DNA of 12,431 nt from Pseudobdellovibrionaceae bacterium (GCA_044359815.1 JBIKLL010000080.1:1-12431), one strand, 5' to 3'. Shown: positions 1 to 8,082, numbered from the stretch's first letter. Translations and numbers: made by a program. The notes: a model not told the origin generated them from the sequence alone.

Positions 1-579
1 TGATTCATAAATATCGACCTGGATTTTAGATCTTATTTTTTCCAGCAGCTTGATGGGATGAACGGCACCGTCCTTCATATACCGAATCCCACCGACAAAC
101 TCTTGAGCCCCGAGTCTTTTTCTGATCCCAGCTGAATCAACCACTTCCACCGGAATCTGCAAGCCCTTCATAATGTCAGAAACTTTTTTTAGCTCTGTGA
201 ATTCGGTTTGACTGGCTGCCAGTGAATAAGCCCCACGCTGTTCAAATTGGATCTGTGATTCTTCACCTTGAATAATATGTTCTTTTAATAAAGCCATGTT
301 TTCTTCGGCAAATTTCCAAATTTCGGTGGCTTGTTCTAGACCATGTTTTGAAATCATTCGGTTAAAATGCTCGACACTGCCACAGGTGATAAATCCTGCG
401 TTACGACCACTGGCCCCAAATCCAATCCTGGATTTTTCGATTATAGCGATTTTTAAATTGGGATCTTCTTGCTGCAACCAAAAGGCCGTCGACAAACCGG
501 TAATTCCCCCGCCCACGATAACAGCGTCGTAAGATTTAGCTTTGCTTCCAGATCTGTCCAGCCAATAAGAAGTGCTCAT
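1..579 (-). CDS. FAD-dependent oxidoreductase, DAO/glycine-oxidase-like (PuuB/OrdL-type); runs off the left edge
   Basis: Hand translation from the ATG at 579 gives MSTSYWLDRSGSKAKSYDAVIVGGGITGLSTAFWLQQEDPNLKIAIIEKSRIGFGASGRNAGFITCG... This has the N-terminal SYW, the GxGxxG Rossmann motif and GASGRNAG. An AAGGA RBS lies upstream on the - strand and the frame is open to position 1. Not in the ORF track because no stop falls in the window. Confidence 0.92.
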   Translation of the reverse strand, partial: MSTSYWLDRSGSKAKSYDAVIVGGGITGLSTAFWLQQEDPNLKIAIIEKSRIGFGASGRNAGFITCGSVEHFNRMISKHGLEQATEIWKFAEENMALLKEHIIQGEESQIQFEQRGAYSLAASQTEFTELKKVSDIMKGLQIPVEVVDSAGIRKRLGAQEFVGGIRYMKDGAVHPIKLLEKIRSKIQVDIYES

Positions 580-806
580 ATTAAAATATCCTTATTTTAA
601 AAATGGTCTATTGATCAAATTACCTCACAAATATTCTGTAACAATCAATGCAAAAACCTGAGTGAATGCAGCCCGTCTAAACTTTGAGCAATCGCTGGCC
701 TAAAAGGTCACTGCTAAAGCCGTTTTCCCAAAGGATCCCCTGCAATTGGTAAAAAACCCGCAACCAATAGATTCTGCGGGAATATTGATTGCATCTTCTG
801 ATTCAG

Positions 807-1790
807 ATGAAGTCTTTAATTACCCTGATTATTTTAACCCTACCTGCATTAACCTTCGCCGTAGGGACAGCCGATGAAAATGGTAAAGACAGATACACTT
901 ACACAAATTTTATAAATTCTTACCCTGCACAAATTGAAGCCATCGAAAACGGAGAAATCACTAAACCTGCCATGGTTTTTATTAAAAAAGCTCTTCCTAT
1001 GGATACCAGTTCACTGATCTGGTTATTTAAGGTTACGGCACAGCACTTTCCAAAGTTTCAGGCAAAAGGACGTCTGAAAGAAATTAACGAACTGATAAAA
1101 GCCAGGACCGACAAAATCACCATTGATAAATTCACTTCGGTCCATCTGGAACTACGCAATCTTATTTTTCAGCAAAAGTCCGCCACCGAACACCGATTAG
1201 TACTTTGGGAAATCATGTCCAAACATAACCTTTGGCTACCCCGAGATCTGCCCCATATTTTAACTGGCTATAGTTTGCATAAAAACTTGGGTCACAATCA
1301 CCAAGTCTATGAGATTTTATCATCCATGATTTTTAAACTAGATTCCTATCAACAACAACAAATCCTGGACAGAATGGATTCCAGTAAAAGTTCAACGCTT
1401 GAATACTATGAATTGATGTTTGCCATGAATCGTTTGGATTTAAAGGGCGTCACGGCCCTGTTTAAACACATAGCCATGAGATATGCCGACATCGAACTGG
1501 GTTTATTGCCTGATAATATTGCGACTGTAAAATCAGGGCTGCACGAATGGGTGCTTCTTAAAATCTTGAACGACTATGGCAAAAATCCTCAGCTTGAGCG
1601 CTGGAAATATGATCAAACTAAATTACTCAAAATCAGACTGCAAAATGGCCGGGTTAAAAGAACCTTACAGCAACTTGAAATGGAAGCTCCCATTTTAATC
1701 GATCTGATTGAAGGCAAAATGCCACCGGTCATCACCAAACACCGCTACCCCACCCCCCAAAAAGCCTGCGAAGCCTCGCTCCAATACTAA
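807..1790 (+). CDS. Hypothetical secreted protein, probably alpha-helical
   Basis: Long ORF (the track starts at TTG 789). The ATG at 807 gives a Sec-type signal peptide MKSLITLIILTLPALTFA. No recognisable catalytic motif. The only Cys is in the C-terminal KACEASLQY. Confidence 0.75.
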   Translation: MKSLITLIILTLPALTFAVGTADENGKDRYTYTNFINSYPAQIEAIENGEITKPAMVFIKKALPMDTSSLIWLFKVTAQHFPKFQAKGRLKEINELIKARTDKITIDKFTSVHLELRNLIFQQKSATEHRLVLWEIMSKHNLWLPRDLPHILTGYSLHKNLGHNHQVYEILSSMIFKLDSYQQQQILDRMDSSKSSTLEYYELMFAMNRLDLKGVTALFKHIAMRYADIELGLLPDNIATVKSGLHEWVLLKILNDYGKNPQLERWKYDQTKLLKIRLQNGRVKRTLQQLEMEAPILIDLIEGKMPPVITKHRYPTPQKACEASLQY

Positions 1791-1835
1791 AATTATAAAT
1801 CAGAAAACTAATTAAAATTTATTTTTAAATACCTC

Positions 1836-1898
1836 TATGATTTTACACCTTGTGAATACTTGCTAACGGCCGCAAGCTCATCTCTCGTATTGAGTCAT
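1836..1898 (+). repeat. Intergenic repeat copy 1 (inverted relative to copy 3)
   Basis: 1841-1898 matches the reverse complement of 2082-2139 at 57/58 nt; the match is 61/63 when extended to 1836-1898 vs 2082-2144. Confidence 0.95.
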
Positions 1899-1949
1899 AA
1901 ACTTAAAAGCAGTTAATCAATCTAAGGTTAGTTTACCGAAGCCAGATTT

Positions 1950-2050
1950 TGTATTTTCAAATATTCCTTTGTTTTATACCTTTTGAATACATTTGCGAGC
2001 GCGCATGGCATATCTGGTGTTGTGTCATTTATATTAATCAGGTTTATGAT
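1950..2050 (+). repeat. Intergenic repeat copy 2 (diverged core; direct to copy 1, inverted to copy 3)
   Basis: Shares TTTTA(C/T)ACCTT(G/T)TGAATAC and TTG(A/T)GTCAT with the other copies but has a different ~29-nt core. 2020-2050 matches the reverse complement of 2060-2090 at 29/31 nt. Confidence 0.85.
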
Positions 2051-2059
2051 AATTTATTA

Positions 2060-2162
2060 ATCGTAAAACTGATTAATATAAATGACACAATACGAGAGAT
2101 GAGCTTGCGGCCGTTAGCAAGTATTCACAAGGTGTAAAAACATAAAAATATTTTTGGATACA
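2060..2162 (-). repeat. Intergenic repeat copy 3
   Basis: Read on the - strand, it has the copy-1 core followed by the copy-2 tail. Confidence 0.92.
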
Positions 2163-2196
2163 GTTTTTAAAATTTTCTTTTGCAGATCTTGAGCGG

Positions 2197-3939
2197 TTAC
2201 ATTTTTTCGGGCGATGGGATGCCAAGCAGCGACAGACCTTTTTCAAGCACTTGGCCGACGGCATCGGCCAGGGCCAAACGAGCCGATTTCAGCTGAGGGC
2301 TTTCGGCAGTGGCAATGGGACAATCGTGATAAAAGGCATTAAATTTTTGCGCCAACTGAAACAGATAGGTGCACAAAACCGAAGGCCTGTACTGGGTCGT
2401 TGCCAGCACCACTGTGGAATTAAAAAAGAACAAATGCCCTAGCAGATTTTTTTCGGTCTTATGAACCAAACTGCTCAGATCAGATTGTCTGTAGGACTGA
2501 TCCGTTGAAATTTTTCGTTTAAGGCTTTTGATCCGCGCCACCGAATACTGGATAAAGGGGCCCGAATCCCCGTCGATTTTAATCCATTCGTTCATATCAA
2601 AAACAATTTTTTTGTTAGGATCGATTTTTAGCATTCCGTATTTTATGGCACCCATGGCAACCTGTTTGGCGATTAACTGAGTTTCCTGCGCAGTCCATTC
2701 GTTTTGAAACTTTGCCAAGTAAGTCGATTTAATGTGGTCCTGCATGGTTGAAACCAATTTCATCAATGGAACTATGTTGCCTTTGCGGCTACTCATGGCC
2801 CCATCAGGAAGCTCGACAAAATTATACTGTAAATGAAAACAATCTTTGGCCTGCTGAAATCCCAATTTGTCCAAGGTTGCAAACACCTGTTTAAAATGCA
2901 ATGCCTGTCGCATATCCACGACGTAAATATTTTTCTGGATATTAAAATCCTCAAATTTTCGGCGCGCCAGTTCTAAATCCTTGGTGGCATACAATCCGGT
3001 GCCGTTTGATTTCAGCAACATGCAAAATCCTAGATTCTGATCAGACAAATCCATCCCAATGGCGCCTTGGCTTTCGATCAGTTTTTTATCCTGATAAAGC
3101 TTTTTTACATACTGGATGCTGACAGCATCCACATCGGATTCCCAATACCATTTATCAAACTGCACATCGATCCAGGCATAAACATGATTCATCAAATCCA
3201 CTGACCACTGACGGGTTTCACGCCACAGTTCAAAAAATTCTCCGCGGTGGGCCTCGATCTGTTTTAATATTTCAGCCAATTGTTTTTGGTTTAGATCATT
3301 TTTTTCGGTTTTTTCCTCATCCTCGAGCTGCAAATTGGCCTTGGAATAAATTCTGCCTAACCATTCACCCTTATTATCAGTGGGAACAGCTTCTGTGTTT
3401 CGAAATTTCAAATACCACAAACATTTGGCCACATGAGTGCCCACATCACCAGGAAAGGTTGAACTGATAATTTCGTAACCGCAATATTTATGCAGCTTAA
3501 CCAGACTGTCGCCCAAACAGGCGTTTCGCATATGACCCACGTGCAGTTCTTTGTGAGTATTAGGCTGCGAAAATTCGATCATAGTTTTTGGGGCCTGAGA
3601 CACCCACGGACCCTTAAAAGCTTCTTGATTAAAAATCCCCTGAACCAAATGCTTTTGATAAAACCCTGGAGCCAATTTCAGATTTATATAAGGCCCAACA
3701 TTTTGTACGTTTGAAAATATATCTGATTTTTTTAGCAGTTCAGATTGCAGTTTGATGGCGACCTGGGCCGGATTGGATTTTAAAATCTTGGCCGCCTGAA
3801 AACATCCAAAAGCGATTTCGCCCAAATCCAGATTAGGGGGCTCGACAAACCCTGGGCAGTGGTCCGAAACCGAACCACCTATAACGTCGCATATTGTTTG
3901 AGCTAGTAATTTTCTGATCGGATCAAATTGTAAAATCAT
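2197..3939 (-). CDS. argS: Arginine--tRNA ligase
   Basis: 580 aa. Class I motifs IEFSQPNTHKELHVGH (HIGH-like) and MSSRKG (KMSKS-like), plus GDVGTH, GLYATKDL, GDSGPFIQYS and a C-terminal DALR-type domain ending LLGIPSPEKM. Confidence 0.97.
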   Translation of the reverse strand: MILQFDPIRKLLAQTICDVIGGSVSDHCPGFVEPPNLDLGEIAFGCFQAAKILKSNPAQVAIKLQSELLKKSDIFSNVQNVGPYINLKLAPGFYQKHLVQGIFNQEAFKGPWVSQAPKTMIEFSQPNTHKELHVGHMRNACLGDSLVKLHKYCGYEIISSTFPGDVGTHVAKCLWYLKFRNTEAVPTDNKGEWLGRIYSKANLQLEDEEKTEKNDLNQKQLAEILKQIEAHRGEFFELWRETRQWSVDLMNHVYAWIDVQFDKWYWESDVDAVSIQYVKKLYQDKKLIESQGAIGMDLSDQNLGFCMLLKSNGTGLYATKDLELARRKFEDFNIQKNIYVVDMRQALHFKQVFATLDKLGFQQAKDCFHLQYNFVELPDGAMSSRKGNIVPLMKLVSTMQDHIKSTYLAKFQNEWTAQETQLIAKQVAMGAIKYGMLKIDPNKKIVFDMNEWIKIDGDSGPFIQYSVARIKSLKRKISTDQSYRQSDLSSLVHKTEKNLLGHLFFFNSTVVLATTQYRPSVLCTYLFQLAQKFNAFYHDCPIATAESPQLKSARLALADAVGQVLEKGLSLLGIPSPEKM

Positions 3940-3946
3940 TTTTTAT

Positions 3947-5425
3947 TTATAATAGATTTTTTTGGTGTTGGTTAGTCTGTTCTGCCATTTCGAGAGCTTT
4001 TTTGGCGTTCAAAACACCATTGACCAATGATCGTTTTAGGATTTGTTCGATCTGACCGGGCTTCAGATCAGGATAAATGCTCTTAATCAAACCCACTACC
4101 CCAGTCACAAAAGCCGCAGACATTGACGTCCCCGACAATTCCTGAACCCCGCTGGCCTTGTGATTAAATTCAATAGACCAAGCCGAGCCAGAATCGCGTA
4201 ATTTTTGTGCTGTCTGCTGACTGATCACCACGCCCGAAATCGCCAGTGGGTCAGAGCCAAAACCCGTATTGATAGGACCAATCCCAGAATCCAGTTCTAA
4301 CAAAAAACCCTTAAAGCCAAAGGCCATGGCAATTTTGATTTTTCTGAGAGCACCGTCAACGTCTGATTGAATTAAAACAATTTTGCCCTCTGGTGCCACG
4401 CCTTTGTAATCGGTAATTTCACCCCGATGGACATCAATCAATTGCCCCTTCAGATTTAAATCTGGTTTTGAAACTCCAATAATTCTGGCAAACCGAATCT
4501 GAAAAATTTCATTTTTCCCATGGGCAAACACTTCAAACACATTGCCCAGATTCAAAGGAAAGCTTGAAAATATCCCCACACCCGGCGCCAATAAATCTAC
4601 TTGATCGCCACGATTAGAAAATTCGGCAACCTGCGATTGCCCGGTGCTGGCTCCAACTGAAATCACATTTGGATACCGAGCGGGATAAGTCACCTGGGAC
4701 GCCCCCTGATTACCAGCTGCTGCGACCACTGTGATACCCAAGGAAATCAGTTTTTCGATGGCTGATTTTTCAATCGCATTGGTTACAAATCGGCCCAGCG
4801 AGACGTTGATCACGTCGACTTGGTTTTGGATTCCCCATTCTAAGGCTTCGTAAATTTTTGATTCGGGACATTCGTGATTGTCACAGACCTTGGCAACAAA
4901 CAATTGCGCCTGCGGGGCCACACCAATCCCATCATCACCTGCTACCAACCCCGCAATATGGGTCCCGTGGCCAATCTGATCAAATCCCTGATAAGGCAAA
5001 TTGGCTTCAGTCACAAAAGATTTAATCGAAGCAATTTTACCACTCAGCACAGGGTGATTTTTATCCACCCCAGAATCCAAAATCAAAATTTTAACATTTT
5101 TCCCCAGCGAATACCGCCAAGCTTCGCTGACGTTAATGGCTTGTTGCCCCCAATTGTTAAATCCCCCAGTCCATCCGACATAAGAATCCAAATTTGGGTT
5201 TTCAGTTTGGGGTAAATCAAAAATCCCTTCTGGCTGTAGGGATCGATTTAAAAACATCCGTCGATTTTGAGCCGTGTCGTCTAAAATCAAAATCCCCAGA
5301 TTTTTTAAAAATTTCCCACCCAAAGTCTGTGTCTGATCAAAATGCTGACCGCTTACCTTTACCAGGAGCTTTGCTGGCGACAAAACTGGCAAAAACAGAA
5401 TTAAAAAAACTAAGAAACCCCTCAT
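3947..5425 (-). CDS. Secreted S8 (subtilisin-like) serine protease with an inserted PA domain
   Basis: Triad motifs ILDSGVD, HGTHIAG and GTSMSA, oxyanion AAAGN, and a PA-like insert (GQLIDVHRG...GKIVLIQ) before the Ser motif. The ATG at 5425 gives signal peptide MRGFLVFLILFLPVLSPA; the track start at 5461 is TTG. Confidence 0.93.
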   Translation of the reverse strand: MRGFLVFLILFLPVLSPAKLLVKVSGQHFDQTQTLGGKFLKNLGILILDDTAQNRRMFLNRSLQPEGIFDLPQTENPNLDSYVGWTGGFNNWGQQAINVSEAWRYSLGKNVKILILDSGVDKNHPVLSGKIASIKSFVTEANLPYQGFDQIGHGTHIAGLVAGDDGIGVAPQAQLFVAKVCDNHECPESKIYEALEWGIQNQVDVINVSLGRFVTNAIEKSAIEKLISLGITVVAAAGNQGASQVTYPARYPNVISVGASTGQSQVAEFSNRGDQVDLLAPGVGIFSSFPLNLGNVFEVFAHGKNEIFQIRFARIIGVSKPDLNLKGQLIDVHRGEITDYKGVAPEGKIVLIQSDVDGALRKIKIAMAFGFKGFLLELDSGIGPINTGFGSDPLAISGVVISQQTAQKLRDSGSAWSIEFNHKASGVQELSGTSMSAAFVTGVVGLIKSIYPDLKPGQIEQILKRSLVNGVLNAKKALEMAEQTNQHQKNLL

Positions 5426-5566
5426 AAAAACATTGTTATGTGCAACCAAACCCCCTATCAATCACAAAGATTTTGCGCCAAGTGTCGCTGTGAATCTGCA
5501 TTTTGCACACTGCAACAGGCTGTTAAGCCTAGCACTGACAAGAACTTGTGATTATCCTGTAAGCCG

Positions 5567-6301
5567 ATGAAACCCCAGGATATTTCAATTTTAATCGTAG
5601 ATGATGAACCGGATGTGCGCGAGGTTCTGAAAGAAACGTTTGAGGCCTTTGGATTTAACGCCAAAGAAGCCCAAGACGGCAAAGACGCTTTGGCAAAAAC
5701 TGAGGCCGAAAAGTTTCATCTGGTTTTAACTGATTTGCGAATGCCCGTAATGACGGGGCAAGAGCTGATCAAAGCTTTGCGCGAAAAAAATCCTCAGCAT
5801 CCAAAAATCTTGGCCATCAGCGGATACACCGAAAGCAGCGTGGAAGAATTGTTGGACATTGGATGTGATGGTTTTTTTGCAAAGCCATTTAATTCGGAAG
5901 CCATAAAAAACGCCATTAAATTTAGCTTACTCAGACGCGATGACGGTTGGAAAACCCCGCCACCAAAACCCATCAAAACCATTATTGAAAAACGTTTTGC
6001 GACGTTTGATAAGCTAACCGAATCAAAAGAGGTTCGTTTTGGTCGCAGTGGTCTGTACCTGTTTCATAAATTTGATTTGCCTTTTCAGGGCGAGCACGTT
6101 GAATTTTCGATAAAAATTGCCGACCACAATCCCTTTCGCGAATTAGCTGGTGTCGGAACTGTCCGATGGGTTCGCGATCAGGATACTAATGGCCTGACTC
6201 GTGGGATTGGGGTTGAGATCGTTCATCTGAAGCCTGATTCATTACCCAGTTACTGCGCCTGGTTGGATAAACAAAATTTTAAAGCCTCTGTACCTAAATA
6301 A
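5567..6301 (+). CDS. Response regulator: receiver domain plus C-terminal PilZ-like beta domain
   Basis: REC motifs ILIVDDE, LTDLRMPVMTG (phospho-Asp), ISG and FAKP. The C-terminal GRSGLYL...GTVRWVR...GIGVEIV pattern is typical of PilZ barrels. The REC call is firm; the PilZ call is moderate. Confidence 0.85.
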   Translation: MKPQDISILIVDDEPDVREVLKETFEAFGFNAKEAQDGKDALAKTEAEKFHLVLTDLRMPVMTGQELIKALREKNPQHPKILAISGYTESSVEELLDIGCDGFFAKPFNSEAIKNAIKFSLLRRDDGWKTPPPKPIKTIIEKRFATFDKLTESKEVRFGRSGLYLFHKFDLPFQGEHVEFSIKIADHNPFRELAGVGTVRWVRDQDTNGLTRGIGVEIVHLKPDSLPSYCAWLDKQNFKASVPK

Positions 6302-6477
6302 ATTTTCCTGACAGATCTTAAATTGAAAGTTGATTTACAATAACCTGCCCGTTTTTTGACTAATTTGAATTCTAAAAAACTCCCCACTCTGGCGGCCGCT
6401 GTCCGTGTGAAATCCCGCCGGTGATCCGATTCCCGAACCCATTTATATGTCTGTTAGTCATTAAACGCTGTTGTCCT

Positions 6478-6492
6478 TGGCATTTTGTTTGC
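6478..6492 (+). promoter_or_regulatory. Putative sigma54 (-24/-12) promoter for the ComM-like gene
   Basis: TGGCATTTTGTTTGC fits TGGCACG-N4-TTGC with exact GG-N10-GC spacing. It ends 28 nt before the ATG at 6521, with an AAAGGA RBS in between. Confidence 0.6.
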
Positions 6493-6520
6493 CCAGCAAT
6501 CATTAACAAAGGACAAACAC

Positions 6521-7909
6521 ATGAACCTAAAATCATTTTATCTGGATAGGCGAAAACTCAAACCTCTAGAAATCGAAATCAGTTTGCTGCCGGGATTACC
6601 AGGCATTCAATTTTTGGGTTTACCAGATCAGATCGTTCGCGAAAGTGCAGTCAGGATCAAATGCGCCCTGAAAAACAGCGGATTTTCAATCCCTGCCAAT
6701 CAAACTATTTTGGTGAATCTGCGCCCCCAACATTTACGCAAAAACTCGCGGGGCCTGGAGCTGGCCGTGGCTCTGGGGATTGTTTGGGCCACAGAGCAGG
6801 CTTCGCCCTATGCGATGGATGAGACCACATTTATCTACGGAGAGCTTTCGTTAAACGGTTTTGTGTTAAAACCTGATGATCTGGAAACACATTTGCTGAA
6901 AAATGATTTCAAAATAATTACGGGCATCAGCGCCCAACCCAGCCGCCATCAGTTGCTGCAGGTGACTGAGCTGAAGGACAAATCCCCCCTGCCAATCAAT
7001 GAAAGGCTGCAGCCTAAGGATTTTCAGATCAGACCCAGAAATTTTGATAATTTTAAATTCAGTGATGAACAAAGAAGGTTGATCGAAATTATTTGCGTCG
7101 GCAAACATCCCATTTTGTTGGCGGGACCTGCTGGCAGCGGAAAAACCTTTTTAGCAAAATCGACTCATTCATTTTTACCGCCTTTAAAGCCCGACGAGAT
7201 TTTTGAAATCAGCGAAACCCTGCTGATGACACCGGATCAAATCAACTGGAGGCCTGTGATTGCACCTCATCACAGTATACCTCCGGCGGCTTTTTTGGGT
7301 GGTGGTATACAAAATTTTATTGGCGAACTGGCCAAAGCCCACAAGGGGGTTTTGATTTTGGATGAATTGCTGGAATTTAAGCCAGCGATTTTGGAATCCC
7401 TGCGCGAAATCCTAGAGACTTCTCAGTTTACGGTTTCACGCAGTGGAATTGCCAAACAGTACCCGATTGAAATACTGCCCATTGCGACCACAAATTTATG
7501 TCCCTGTGGCAGCTACACACCGGTTGCCCGCCCTTTAAATTGCAGATTTTCGGCTACCCGTTGCAAAGGTTATTTGCAAAGGCTCAGTGGACCGCTGGTG
7601 GATCGATTTCATTTGATTCACTACACGGATCAACACATTCAGAAAAAACATTTGGGTTTAAGAATTTCCGAAAAGCTTGAGCAAGTTTATCAGTACAAGG
7701 CGTCCATTAACCACGAAATGGAGTTAGAGTATTTGGCGCAAGAGCTTTTTGATAAATGGATTTTTACATCAGAGCGCCGAAAGCTAGCTGCCAAAAAAGT
7801 AGCAGAAACTTTGGCACATCTGGACTTTTCCCCGGAGGTAAAGCTGAATCACGTCGAGGAAGCCCTTGATTTGTGTGTAAAAAACTTTGATCGATTAAAC
7901 GAGCCTTAG
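6521..7909 (+). CDS. comM: ComM/YifB-family Mg-chelatase-like AAA+ ATPase
   Basis: N-terminal GLP...GLPDQIVRES..R...VNLRP, Walker A GPAGSGKT, APHHS, GELAKAHKGVLILDE (Walker B), Zn site NLCPCG...C...C and LSGPLVDRF. The ATG at 6521 follows an AAAGGA RBS; the track start at 6485 is TTG. Confidence 0.93.
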   Translation: MNLKSFYLDRRKLKPLEIEISLLPGLPGIQFLGLPDQIVRESAVRIKCALKNSGFSIPANQTILVNLRPQHLRKNSRGLELAVALGIVWATEQASPYAMDETTFIYGELSLNGFVLKPDDLETHLLKNDFKIITGISAQPSRHQLLQVTELKDKSPLPINERLQPKDFQIRPRNFDNFKFSDEQRRLIEIICVGKHPILLAGPAGSGKTFLAKSTHSFLPPLKPDEIFEISETLLMTPDQINWRPVIAPHHSIPPAAFLGGGIQNFIGELAKAHKGVLILDELLEFKPAILESLREILETSQFTVSRSGIAKQYPIEILPIATTNLCPCGSYTPVARPLNCRFSATRCKGYLQRLSGPLVDRFHLIHYTDQHIQKKHLGLRISEKLEQVYQYKASINHEMELEYLAQELFDKWIFTSERRKLAAKKVAETLAHLDFSPEVKLNHVEEALDLCVKNFDRLNEP

Positions 7910-7956
7910 CGCTTAAATCGGGCCATGACAGTTGATGATAGGGACTCTGACATTGA

Positions 7957-7985
7957 TTGACATCAAAGATTCAGAAAGCTAGATT
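7957..7985 (+). promoter_or_regulatory. Sigma70-type promoter for tRNA-Cys
   Basis: TTGACA (7957-7962), 17-nt spacer, TAGATT (7980-7985); ends 23 nt upstream of the tRNA. Confidence 0.75.
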
Positions 7986-8008
7986 TCGGGCTTAACACTG
8001 ACCCACGG

Positions 8009-8082
8009 GGTGACGTAGTCAAGTGGTTAGGCAGCGGTCTGCAAAACCGTTTACGCCGGTTCAATTCCGGCCGTCACCTCCA
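8009..8082 (+). tRNA. tRNA-Cys (GCA), CCA encoded
   Basis: Cloverleaf: acceptor GGTGACG/CGTCACC, anticodon arm GCGGT-CTGCAAA-ACCGT (GCA at 8041-8043), T arm GCCGG-TTCAATT-CCGGC, discriminator T, then CCA. Confidence 0.97.

Noticed and set aside
296..532. 78-aa + strand ORF in the track
   Set aside because: It is the antisense shadow of the FAD oxidoreductase on the - strand.
747..780. Weak GG-N10-GC match (747-761) and CCCGCA/TGCGGG dyad (757-780) upstream of the 807 gene
   Set aside because: The match to the sigma54 consensus is poor and the stem is only 6 bp, which is indistinguishable from chance.
1836..2162. CRISPR array, retron ncRNA or integron attC interpretation of the repeats
   Set aside because: The copies are in mixed orientation and two cores are identical. 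There is no cas, reverse transcriptase or integrase gene in the window. The GCTAAC...GTTAGC pair is about 255 nt apart, too long for a typical attC.
1949..2264. Short ORFs 1949-2137 (+) and 2073-2264 (-) as small proteins or type I toxins
   Set aside because: They run through the repeat region or overlap argS, have no clear RBS, and the frame is not preserved across the repeat copies.
2251..5982. ORFs 2251-2442, 3490-3714, 4874-5215, 5194-5427, 5458-5682 and 5794-5982
   Set aside because: They are antisense overlaps of argS, the subtilase or the response regulator, with no recognisable motifs.
6866..7680. ORFs 6866-7108 (-) and 7498-7680 (+)
   Set aside because: They lie inside the intact ComM-like gene, antisense or out of frame; no frameshift is needed to explain them.
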